A stretch of 64,000 nucleotides of DNA. Origin: Mobula hypostoma (taxonomy: Eukaryota). Below are positions 1 through 11,085 of the stretch, one piece after another. A model generated the notes under the pieces. It worked only from the letters and a program-made list of their open reading frames with translations. It was not told where the DNA came from and did no database searches. Location: positions 69,008,001-69,072,000 of the forward strand of contig NC_086097.1 in the NCBI RefSeq assembly GCF_963921235.1, written 5' to 3'. The first letter of the stretch is position 1, and each line of letters starts with the position of its first letter. The position numbers and the translations under genes were made by a program.

Positions 1-329
1 CTGGGTAACGGAGTCAGCATGGACAAATTGGTCTGACGGGCCTGCCCCCATGTTATACAACTTTATGGCTCTAATCAAATGCAGGAGGGCTCAAAAAGTA
101 AGTATATAATTTAAAGAGGACCTACGCATATTTAGTTTAAGGACTTTTGGCAGGTTCCCTTTGAACAATGCTGAATCATGTTGCATATTTTCTGATAAAG
201 ACCTTTTTCTGCATAAATGGTTTGCACAGGCTATGGATGAATGACTACATTCAGCAGAGGTGGCATGCAAATGTGCATTACATGCTAATAAACACCACTA
301 CAAAAATCTGGGCAGCTTCGTGGGCCTCA

Positions 330-449
330 ATAATCAGAATAAGAATTAGGTTTATTATCACTGGCATGTGTCACGAAATTTGTTAACTTAGTGGCAGCAG
401 TACAATGCAATATATGATAATATAGAAAAAAAATACATCAATTAAAGTT

Positions 450-490
<41 letters not shown>

Positions 491-785
491 TAAATTGTTA
501 GATTAAAATAGTGAAAAAACAGAAATAACATAAAAAAGTGAGATAGTGTTCATGGGTTCAATGTCCATTTTGGAATCGGATAGCAGAGGAGAAGAAACTT
601 TCCTGAATCACTGAGTGTGTGCCTTTAGGCTTCCATACCTCCTTCCTGATGATAACAATGAGAAGAGGACATGCCCTGGGTGATGGGGGTCCCTAATCGC
701 CTTTCTGAAGCACTGCTTCTTGAAGATGTCTTGGATACTACGGAGGCTAGTACCCAAAATAGAGCTGACTAATTTAGTAACTTTA
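330..785 (-). mobile_element. 3' fragment of Rex1/L2-type LINE
   Basis: Reverse-strand 3' end (aatcagaat...tttatt) followed by degenerate RT C-terminal sequence similar to the other Rex1-type copies in the window. Confidence 0.55.
453..488. repeat. (GT)18 microsatellite
   Basis: Perfect GT dinucleotide run. Confidence 0.97.
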
Positions 786-1089
786 ACAATACCTCAACAA
801 TGATAGAGGCCTTGACACGATATGACAAACATGGTAAGAGACAAAGTCAATAAAAGTACATTGTTCTCCCATTAAATGTTATCTTACCATGTACCTAAGT
901 AACAATAGAATTGCTGGGTCCCCCATTCCTACACTGACAGTATTATATCTGTTTATCAGATGTAACCATGTGGAAAACTACTTAAACTCAGTTGATTCCA
1001 CATCTTTCAATCTCTACCATGTTAAGCTGAATGCAGCATCTTCTTAAACTTAAGTATGCGTGAGATGAAGAAGCAACTTACTATTATTT

Positions 1090-1435
1090 AGTGCTATTCA
1101 TGACCTAAAGAAACACTAAAATGCTTTAGAGTGTCTAAAGTCACTTTAAATGTTTGACTCTTTTTTTGAGTAGGGAAACACAACAGCCAATCTCTACACA
1201 TTAATTTTCTTCAAAATAAAAGACTAGTTAAGATTTTTTAAAGAGTATTGGTTAAGGAGTAACTATGGGGAGTAGACTCAATATGACTACGGGACCTGAG
1301 AGGGGTAAATGAGGCCTTGGTTTAACATCACACTAAAATTCAGCATCTCTATCAATGTTCATTCCCTTAATGCTCTCTGATGAATCAGTCTACACTTTGC
1401 ACTGACATCTCTGGGGTGGGGTTTGAACCTTCTGA
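1090..1435 (-). mobile_element. Degenerate DeuSINE (SacSINE1/AmnSINE1-like)
   Basis: Reverse-strand resemblance to the Deu domain (cctgagaggggtaaatgaggccttggtttaacatc) and a B-box-like end (gggtttgaacc). Confidence 0.55.
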
Positions 1436-3379
1436 ATCAATCACTTACAGTTCCCAATGAAGCAATGGTCAAAACATCACTAATTAGGGAAATAGAATGG
1501 AGCCAAACCTTGTTATTACCGGCAGCCTGCCATTTTAGATTGCTTCGCACATAAGGTAGCCCATGCATCTAACAAGTCTGAATACACACTCATCCTTCCA
1601 CAAAGAAAAATGGTAAAATGTTCAAATTATTCTTCTGAAAAAGCTTTCTGCACTTACTTCACTAATTTGACACTTAGCCGCTGTTGAAACACCAAGCTCA
1701 ATTAATAGCTATGTGTAGTTCCATCAGCCACAATGTCCCAGGTTACCAAAGTTTATAAACACAACCAATCCTCAGTTTAGTAACAAGGTTTATTAAACTC
1801 TGCCATGCCACATGTCCCCTGCATGTCTGCTGCCAACTGAATTCAAGCTCTGGAAATTCGACTCTGAAAATATTCCAGATAATACTTAAGGGCTGTGGCC
1901 CCGACAGCAGATGAAGGATCCCCACCCTCAGACTTGCATCACTTGATATGCAAGCCAGCAACAAAATAAACAAAATCTGGACTGAAACATAGTCATAAAG
2001 TTCAAGGGAGATACTACAATTATTCATTGTAAGTTTCAAAATTTGACAAAAGAAGCCTTTGTCAAGATTGCATTTCATATTAAGCTAGAAAACCAAACAG
2101 GAGCTCAGCTATCAACACAAATTTGATATCTGAGAAAAGTTAAATATATTATACTTATTTTAGAATCTTGTTTGATCAAACAGCTCATAAAACATGCATG
2201 AACATACAGTATTTTGCTTTACTTCATTGAAATACTTCACTCAAAATATACAAATGCCTACACTGTATCTATATATATTGTATTGTTTCACCACAAACAT
2301 CCTGAAAACTTCCTGCTGACTGACTTATCACTCAAGTTTCTTTTTCTCTCTTCTTTGTTGATCATGAAAATTCCTCCTGCACTAAAGTGACAACTTCAAC
2401 CCTGAACTTGGTAAAAGTTTGAAGTTACCTATAACGCTGCTGATGCTTCCATATTGTTTGCTACAAACTAATTGGAATCATATGATCAGAAAGAACTACA
2501 TATACAGTATCTTTAAAGATTTACATTAATTATATTCATCTTGCAGAATAATCCATATTTAAAAATCAAGCAGTAAGTATGTAATAACAAGTAAAAAAAA
2601 ATCAAGTATAGGTATAACTTATATTTCTCATAAAATAGTTAAATACCTTGCCAGCATAGTAACATTGAGCCATATTTTACTCCACAGTTTGCAATGTTAC
2701 ACTGCCATTCATTTGTAGAAAATTGTTCATCAAATATGACATACGAGTCTGTATTAACCAGCCACACTGTCACCTCCTGGTTCACACAACTGCCTTCCTC
2801 AGTGGAATAATAATGGCTGCCGTGCTCACTAACACACAACTGTTGCAAGGCATCAAACAGACGTCGTGCTGTTCATACCCAAAATAACTCAAGCAGATCC
2901 CCATGGTTTGACAATGTACGCATAAAACTGTGGCAAATGCTTTCTCAGCCTTACTGTGGTTCAGATGCTATGAGATACAAAGATAAATACCTTGTAAAAA
3001 TAAACCATTTAATTTTGAAGGAAATAATTTCTAGGAAGATTATTAACTGTTCGGCAGCTCCTTTAGTTATTTGACGTAGAGTATGCAGTCATTCATTAGG
3101 TAGGTTAAGCATGTGGTACCCATTCATTCATGTTTATATGCCATTGCATACAAATCAAATATGACATGCATTAGGGTTCGGGTTAGCGTTACCACAGTAT
3201 CTGTTAAATTATTGGTGCAAAAATACTCGCATCTCTTTATTAAAGATTTGAAGAATCAAGTGATTCAGAGCCTACATACTCTATGTGTATAAAGAAAAAC
3301 GTATATTCTGTTCATATATTAAATATACAGACTTCTTCCAACTGAACAATTGTTGACAGGTCCAGTTGACAACTGAACC

Positions 3380-4105
3380 TTAATAGAACAGCACACAGAC
3401 ACCCTTCGATCCACCATGATATGCCAAATTAATTAAATTAATGATATCCGATGATAATCCCTTATCCTGCATATGGTTCATAGTCTTTCGTTCTCTGCAT
3501 ATTCATATGCCTATCACAGAGCCTTTTAAAGGCCTCCATTATATTTGCTTCCACCACCTTCCTGATGGTGTATTCCAGGCACCCTGTTAAAGACCGTGGC
3601 CCGCACATTTCCGTTGAACCTTTCCTCTCTCACCTGAAATGCATGTCCTCTAGCATTAGACATTTCAACCCTGGGAGGAAAATTACCAGTTACCTCTATC
3701 TATGTTGCTAGTAATTTTATAAACTTCTTTCAGGTCTGTCCTCTGCCTCTGCTCCTCCAGAGTAAACAGCCCTAGTTTGTCCAACCTCTCCTTATAGAAC
3801 ATGCTCTCTAATCTAGTCTCTTCTACACCTTCTCCAAAGCCTCCACAGCCTTCTTATAATGGAGTGACCAGAACTGAATGCAATACTCTACACATGAACT
3901 AACTAGAGTTTTATAAAGCTGCAACGTAACTTCCCGACTCAACTTATAAAGACAAGCATACCATCTGTCTTCTTTGGCAACCTATCAACTTGTGCAGCCA
4001 CTTTTAAGATTCCTTTGCCCATCATTGCTGTTAAGGGCCCTGACATTAATTGGTTACTTCACATTTGATCTCCTGAAGTGCAGTACTTGCCCAGTTTAAA
4101 CTCAA
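3380..4105 (-). mobile_element. CR1 LINE 3' fragment, degenerate
   Basis: Reverse-strand CR1 ORF2 C-terminal sequence (gaccagaactgaatgcaatactc) and CR1-type 3' end. Confidence 0.75.
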
Positions 4106-5022
4106 ATAGAAATTCCCTAAAGTTGGCTGACATACCACCACATGGGTTAGGTATGGTGTGACCAGTCTTTTGTTGACCACACGATATCCCGGTGTATTGG
4201 TAATGACATAACATCCAAATGGAGATCACTGTGCTGTTATTCCATTGTTTCTGGTATCTGGTGTAAATTTAGCCATCTATAAGTTCATTAACCATTAATT
4301 CCATTGCTCCACTGTGGCTGGTCTTTAAAAATCTACAAGTAACAAAGATAAAGAAAAAGAAGTTTCAAGAATAAATGGACTGCAGCAGGAGCATATATGG
4401 CCGATATTGTGAAGAGGAATATCACGGTCAATACAATGCTTTTTCTCATCATCCAAAGGAGGTTTATTCTGTGAATACAGCATCACAGCATTACAATATT
4501 ACAGTAGTCCACTACTCACACACTTTACAAGCAATAGTTTCAAATTACTACACAGTCATCTCTATCCAGAATGCACTCGAGCCCCTCTGGTGCCCATTGG
4601 TCACAGAAAGCCCTCAATCTACCCATGGATACCAATTACTCCTTCTCCAAGGACGCATGAGTATGGACAAAATCCCAAAAACAGAGCAGTTTTCAGTCCA
4701 GCCAGAACACTCGAATGCCCATCACCTCGACCTGTGAATGGCCAAGGTGGCCAGGCCCAGGAGAAAATTGACTGTAATATCCCTTAATCGACCCACCACC
4801 CTGCCTCCCCCTTCACAATGGGTGGCAGAAGTTCAGGTACATGGGGCCAAAGCTTGAGAAGCAGCACCTTTAGATATTCAGATAGAGGCTGCAACCTCTC
4901 ACACTCCATATTTACAAGGTAACTCAGACATGAGGAAATCTGCAGATGCTGGAAATTCAAACGGCACACACAAAAAATGCTGGTGAACGCAGCAGGCCAG
5001 ACAGCATCTATAGGAGGAGGTA

Positions 5023-5060
5023 CAGTCAACGTTTCAGGCCAAGACCCTTCGTCAGGACTA
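5023..5060 (-). ncRNA. Minimal type I hammerhead ribozyme motif (PLE)
   Basis: Minus strand: tagtc-CTGACGA-agggtcttggcct-GAAAC-GTT-gactg; stem I agtc/gact. Confidence 0.7.
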
Positions 5061-6373
5061 ACTGAAAGAAGAAATAGTAAGAGATTTGAAAGTGGGGGTG
5101 GGGGAGAGATCCATAATGATAGGAGAAGACAGGAGGGGAGGGGTGGATCTAAGAGCTGGAGAAGGGGGAGGATCATGGGACGGGAAGCCTGTATGTGTAC
5201 ATGTGTAGCACTTGTTCCACTTACAAGGAACAGCTACCTGGACTATTCCTCTTCCCACCCTGTCTCTTGCAAAAATGCCATCCTTCTCGCAATTCCTCCG
5301 TCTCTGCCGCATCTGCTCTCAGGATGAGGCTTTTCATTCCAGGAGGAAGGAGGTGTCTTCCTTTTTTAAAGAAAGGGGCTTCCCTTCCTCCACCATCAAC
5401 TCGGCTCTTAAACGCATCTCCCCCATTTCACGCACATCCGCTCTCACCCCATCCTCCCGCCACCCCACTAGGGATAGGGTTCCCCTTGTCCTCACCTACC
5501 ACCCCACCAGCCTCCAGGTCCAACATATAATTCACTGTAACCTCCACCACCTCCAATGGGATCCCACCACCAAACGCATCTTTCCCTGCCCCCCCTTCCG
5601 CTTTCCGCAGAGATTGCTCCCTACGCAACTCCCTTGTCCATTCGTCCGTCCCATCCCTTCCCACCGATCTCCCTCCCAGCACTTATCCTTGTAAGCAGAA
5701 CAAGTGCTACACATGCCCTTACACTTCCTCCCTCACCACCATTCAGGGCCCCAGACAGTCTTTTCACGTGAGGCGACACTTCACCTGTGAGTCGGCTGGG
5801 GTGATATACTGCGTCCGGTGCTCCCGGTACGGCCTTCTATATACTGTATTGGCGAGACCCGACGCAGGCTGGGAGACCATTTCGCTGAACACCTACGCTC
5901 TGTCCTCCAGGGAAAGCAAGATCTCCCAGTGGCCACACATTTTAATTCCACATCCCATTCCCATTCTGATATGTCTGTCCATGGCCTCCTCTACTGTCAA
6001 GATGAAGCCACCCTCAGGTTGGAGGAACAACACCTTATACTCCATCTGGGTAGCCTCCAACCTGATGGCATGAACATTGACTTCTCAAACTTCGGTTAAT
6101 GGCTCTCCTCCCCTTCACACCCTATCCCTTATTTATTTATTTAATATATATTTTATATGTTTTCTCACTCTGTCCTTCTCACTATAACTCCTTGCCTGCT
6201 CTCCACCCTCCAGGCTCCCCTCCCCCGTCTCTTTCTCCCCAGGCTTCCTGTCCCATGATCCTTTCCCTTCTCCAGCTCTTGGCTCCATCCCTCCCCCTCC
6301 TGCCTTCTCCTATCATTTTGGATCTCCCCCTCCCCCTCCCACTTTCAAATCTCCTACTAGCTCTTCTTTCAGT

Positions 6374-6411
6374 TAGTCCTGACGAAGGGACTCAGCCCGA
6401 AACGTCGACTA
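6374..6411 (+). ncRNA. Minimal type I hammerhead ribozyme motif (PLE)
   Basis: tagtc-CTGACGA-a-ggg-actcag-ccc-GAAAC-GTC-gacta; stem I tagtc/gacta, palindromic ACGT in place of helix III. Confidence 0.75.
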
Positions 6412-7854
6412 TACCCCTTCCTATAGATGCTGCCTAACCTGCTAAGTTCACCAGCAATTTTTGTGTGTGTTGCTTATACAAGGTAACTGACTGCTCCCAG
6501 CTACAGAAATGGCAGGTGAATAGGTAGTTCATAAACCAAGCTAGGAATCTGCTACACAGAACAGGTCTGATTAACACTCACCACCGTAGGGTCCTGACGT
6601 AAAGGGGGTGGAATCCCACATAACGAAACCTCCACTGGAACCCTCCCTCATTGCCGGATGGCAGAACAGACCATACAGCAAGGGCAAGGAAATGTACAGT
6701 GTGCAGAAGCAGACCATACAGTAACCATCTCACGTGCATCACAAAATAGTACATCGTGCATCGCTGAAAGGCTACTCATATTTTGTGGGGACCTACAGTA
6801 CTCCTGAGAGAGATTTCAGGCTGATGAGTAATTCCAGCTGAGCGGAAGTACTTCATCCTCATGAGTCACCTTGTCACCCTTTGATTCAGGCTGGGGTCTG
6901 GCCTCCTTCTCAACAAAAACATGATTCTCCGCCGGCAGAGGAGCACTTGGACTGGAGGTGACAATGTCCCTGACTTTTAATAGCTCATGATAAACGCTGA
7001 TGTTCTTGCTGGGAGTTGGCAACGTCCCTGACAGAAAACATACATGTCAACACAATGCTGGTCACAGTTTACGCTGGTAAATAAGCCAATGTCAGACAGC
7101 ATACCTACTAAATTCCAATTGTCCAGATTACAGCCAAAGTTTACTTTCTTTTTCTTGCCAAACTGTGGATGAACTACACTGTCTTAGAATTCTACTTGGA
7201 CCTGGGCTGAACCTTTGCACCGCATCCTTTCCACCACCAAAACAGGTTATTCACAATCTGCTGTGAGCTGAGGAATCTGCAGACGTCTACCCCAATGATC
7301 TACTAATCAGCTTCCCATCGTGAACACACTGTACACTTGGGCTCGTGCACAACAGCGCCACGTGCATGCAGACTCCTCAAGTCATTGTCACACAAACCAG
7401 TGATGCTTACTTATCACATTGCCTCCGAATCTGGCAATGCCATGACTTTAAGAGTTTCAGAAAGTCTATCATGTTGATGCTTGTTTTTGTAAACTACAAA
7501 CAAACTTTAAACATTTCCCCATCAGTACACTTCCTGTTGTAAATCTGTGTGCTCCATAGAAATGATGCAATTATGCAGGATGTCTACAGTTTGTGCATAA
7601 AGGTGTCAAACATAATGCAATGCACAATAGTTGGGTGAAACTGCACTACCCAGATTCAAACACTGAATCAACACTTAACAGAGGAATGACACATTTAAGA
7701 GGCTAACCCTACATAGGGCACTGGTGGCAATGAGAGGCATCAATGTTTTTCCAAGTAAATGGTCTTTTGAGATTTTGTGGCAGCATCTCTCACTCCCTAT
7801 ATTCTCAAGCTCCTTCACTATCATTTTCCTGAATAATTCCTCAGACCCATCATC

Positions 7855-8861
7855 TGTCATATGGGGGCATTGGGAGCAGACCCAAGTGCAAGACACAGAC
7901 ACTGAAATAATAGGAACAGGACTAGGTTTATCGAGATAGCAAGGGAAATCAGAAAGAAACGACGCTGGACATGGACACAGGCCCTGGATGAGACAAGGAC
8001 ACTGGGCCTGGGCTAGGACTAACACTAGGAAAGTGTTAGTCCTAGCCCAGGACAAGGAACTTGGAACTAGGAGCCTGACCAGGACAAGGAACTTGGAACT
8101 AGGAGCCTGGGCTAGGACTCCGAGCCAGAGACTGGACAGGGACCCGGAACCTGGGTCTTGACTTGGGCTCGGATCCCACATCTAGGCGAGGACAAGACAT
8201 GGCTACAGGACTGGATGTGGCACTCCTGCACAGGACAAGGCACATGGACAGGACAAGAACATAAAGCCGTGGCTCAGACTGGACGAGGTTCTTGGACGTG
8301 ACTCGGACTGAACGAGGTTCTCGGACGTGACTCGGACAGGATGAGGTTCTCGGACATGGCTCGGACAGGACGAGGAACCTCCAGCACAGGGCAGGACAAG
8401 GTACTCCTAGGCTGAGCGAGGAAACTCCAGAACAGGACATGGCTCTTGAACTAGATTTAGCTCGGCTCTTGGACTTGGCTGGGTTAGGCTCTAGGGTACG
8501 GAGCCAGGACTCCTACTTGGGCTCAGAGCCACCGGGACCCTTCTAGGACACAGGGCTGGGACCCTTCCTTGAATGCAGGGGCTGGGATGCTTTCCAGGAT
8601 GCAGGGCCAGGTTGACTGCCCAGGTAACTACCTAGGATACTTGCCAAGGTAAACTGCCAGGGATTCAGATGGGGAGGGGAAGGGAACAGTCCACCAAGGA
8701 ATCCTTGGTTTGAGAGGTATTTATGTGCCAGCCCAAAACCAGAATCAGGTGCCTCAATTAAGGCACTCAGTGGAACAAGGGAACACAGGAAAACCCGGAA
8801 TAAGGAATCGACGGACCGGAGTGTGAACCGGAATACGGAGTTTACGGACCGGACCATGACG
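7855..8861 (-). mobile_element. Solo LTR, Gypsy-like, with internal minisatellites
   Basis: Termini TGTCAT...ATGACG; 5-bp TSD TCATC (7850-7854, 8862-8866); TATA-like ataaatacc on the minus strand; internal ~30-32 bp tandem repeats. Confidence 0.8.
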
Positions 8862-8987
8862 TCATCTCCCAAAACTATGCTTCCATCACTGACATTTTGT
8901 AATTCCTCATATTCCTGACTGGCTTGACCATCATGAAAGATGAACCCTCTCTCCATAGGTCTCCACAACTAAAACCATCCTATCCAC

Positions 8988-10545
8988 TATACACACAATG
9001 CTGGAGGAACTCAGCAGGTCAGGCAGCATCTAGAGAAATGAATGGTCGACGATTCAAGCTGAGACCTTTCACCACAACTGGAAATGAAGGGAGAAGAAGC
9101 CAGAATAAGAAGGTGGGGGAGGGAGGGAAGGAGTACAAGCTAGAAAGTGATAGGTGAAGCCCAGTGGGTGGGGAAAGGAGATGAAGTAAGAAGCTGGAAG
9201 ATGATAAGAAGAAGGAATCTGATAGGAGAGGAGAATCAACTATAGGAGAAAAGGAAGGTGATAACAAGTGAGGAGAAGAGAAGAGGTAAAAGGGGATCCA
9301 AAGTAAAAATGAAGAATAGGGAAGGAGGAGTGGAAAAAAGTTGGAGAAATCAATGTTCATGCCATCAGGTTGGAGGCTATCCAGATAGAATATGAGGTAC
9401 AGGTTTCCCCCACTACCTGAAGGTAGAGAGTTCCTGTGAAACTGTTTGTAAGCCAAAATGTCGTAAAGCGAAGAAGCAATTACCATTAATTTATATGGGA
9501 AAAATTTTTGAGCATTCCCAGACCCAAGAAATAACCTACCAAATCATAACAAATAGCACATAAAACCTAAAATAACATGAACATATAGTAAAAGCAGGAA
9601 TTATGTGATAAATGCACAGCCTATATAAAGTAGAAATAATGTATGTACAGTGTAGTTTCATTTATCAAAATCGGGAAGACAGTGAGCCAAAATCGATTTG
9701 GAGAAAAAAAATCTGCACGTACATGCATGCGCACACAACTGCCCGCACAAGGCTGCACGGTCATGACAGTTTTTCTCGGGGTAAACACACGTATAAAGTG
9801 AGCGTCTTTTTTTCGTAAAAGCGAAAATCCTCTTTGGTTAGCATAAACAGGTACTAATGTAGGTCTTTCGTAACAGCGAGCTGTCGTAAAGCGAACGTTC
9901 GAAAAACGGGGGCCACCTGTATTGCTCCTCCAACCTGAGAGTGGCCTCATCATGGCAGTAGAGAATGCAGTGGGCCAATATGTTGGAATAAGAATGGGGA
10001 TTGGAATTAAAATGGCTGGCCACTGAGAAATCCTGGTTTTTGCAGGTGGAGCAAAGGTGCTCGACAAAGCAGTCCACTAATCTACAATCGGTCTCACCAA
10101 TGTAGAGGAGGCTGCATCAGGACACAACTCCTGCAACTTCACAGGTTAAGTGTTGTCTCACGTGGAAGGTCTATGTGGAGGTGTGAATAGGGAATGGCAC
10201 TTTTGAAGGAGATAGGGTAGGAGGAGGTATAGTCAAGATAGCCATGGGAATCGGTAGGTTTATAAAATATATCAGTAGATACTTGTCTCCAACTATCAAA
10301 AAAGTGGAGAGAGGTGGCAGAAATGTACCAAATGAATTTAAGAGTAGGGTGGAAGTTGGAGGTAAAGTTGATGAAATTGACGAGCTCAGCATGGGTGCAT
10401 GAGGCAGCACCAATGCAGTCGTCAATGTCGCGCAGGGAGACTTCCTTTCCTTTCTTATCAGTCCTGATTGAGGTTTGAAACATTGACTGCTTGTTCATTT
10501 TCATAGATGCTGCCTGACCTGCTGAGTTCCTCCAGCAATTTGTGA
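8988..10545 (-). mobile_element. Degenerate Neptune-type PLE with short inverted arm (10440-10545)
   Basis: Minus-strand IDDCIGAASCTHAELVNFINF (RT), VASHFNS...EATLRLEEQ and LQPDGMNIDFSNF (GIY-YIG end). Confidence 0.85.
9400..9919. mobile_element. Tc1/mariner (Tigger/pogo-like) non-autonomous DNA transposon
   Basis: Ends CAGGT..CCCCC / GGGGG..ACCTG flanked by TA (9398-9399, 9920-9921); removing it restores the PLE sequence gaatatgagg-ta-ttgctcctccaacctg. Confidence 0.85.
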
Positions 10546-10854
10546 TTTTCCATCAAAGTGAAGCATTTTGCCTAGAAAATTTGATAAAATGTTCTACCTT
10601 TCATTGCTAAATGTATGAATAGCAATTATTTGTGGAGTTAATCGCTATAATCATTTCCAGATCAAACGTAACACAGTGGGAATCCAACTGGTCATGGCTC
10701 GATCATCCACCATTGATATATTTTCCACAACAAACTTAATGATGGCATTCCTTTGATGTGGAAATTATATCATGTTACTGTTATAACAAAGCATTCTCAG
10801 AAACAATAGCTTTTAACAGCACTAGTAGTTCTGCCACATCACTTAAAGGGGATA

Positions 10855-11085
10855 GGAAATGCTGGGATCGGGAGCTCCCTGCCTCTGGTGCTATCTCCAC
10901 CCCTCCTTGCCTAGATCTACTTAATGTTTTCCAGCTCCTGCTGCAACCCTTCCCCTCACCTCTTTATACCAGCTATTTCCCCTCTACACTCTCAGTCCTG
11001 ATGCAAGATCTCAAACCGATCTATTGACTATCCTTTTGTCACTATTGATGATGCCTGAGCCACTGAGTTCCTCTAGTAGCTGGTT
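10855..11085 (+). mobile_element. Old PLE terminal-repeat remnant
   Basis: cagtcctgatg...gatgcctgagccactgagttcctctag, a degenerate version of the PLE 3' end. Confidence 0.55.

Larger units (their letters stand above)
4925..6476 (+). mobile_element. Penelope-like element (Neptune-type), 5'-truncated, with inverted terminal arm
   Basis: RT C-terminus, Cys-rich linker (CKQNKCYTC) and GIY-YIG nuclease (VIYCVRC...IGETRRRLGDHFAEH...QPDGMN) with frameshifts. 4925-5190 is an inverted copy of the 3' end (~6241-6476). 12-bp TSD TACAAGGTAACT at 4913-4924 and 6477-6488. Confidence 0.92.
4440..7030 (-). mobile_element. Tx1-clade (L1 group) LINE 3' part, degenerate, split by a PLE
   Basis: Minus-strand pieces read LLYGLLLHTVHFLAL; CSRFLAWFMNYLFTCHFCSWEQSV | MECERLQPLSEYLKVLLLKLW; VNFLLGLATLAIHRSR; WAPEGLECILD, typical of the Tx1 ORF2 C-terminus with zinc knuckle. 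AATAAA at 4464-4469 (minus). Confidence 0.75.

Noticed and set aside
4137..4331. Minus-strand segment with a strong acceptor (pyrimidine tract plus ttgtAG) and a GTATGT donor, as a candidate AKAP6 exon
   Set aside because: Stops in all three frames and no similarity to the expected next AKAP6 exon.
6816..7022. 68-aa minus ORF behind an acceptor-like sequence
   Set aside because: Better explained as decayed Tx1 ORF2.
8040..8400. Regularly repeated ~30-bp units resembling a CRISPR array
   Set aside because: Units are head-to-tail without unique spacers, sit inside a vertebrate LTR, and no cas genes are present.
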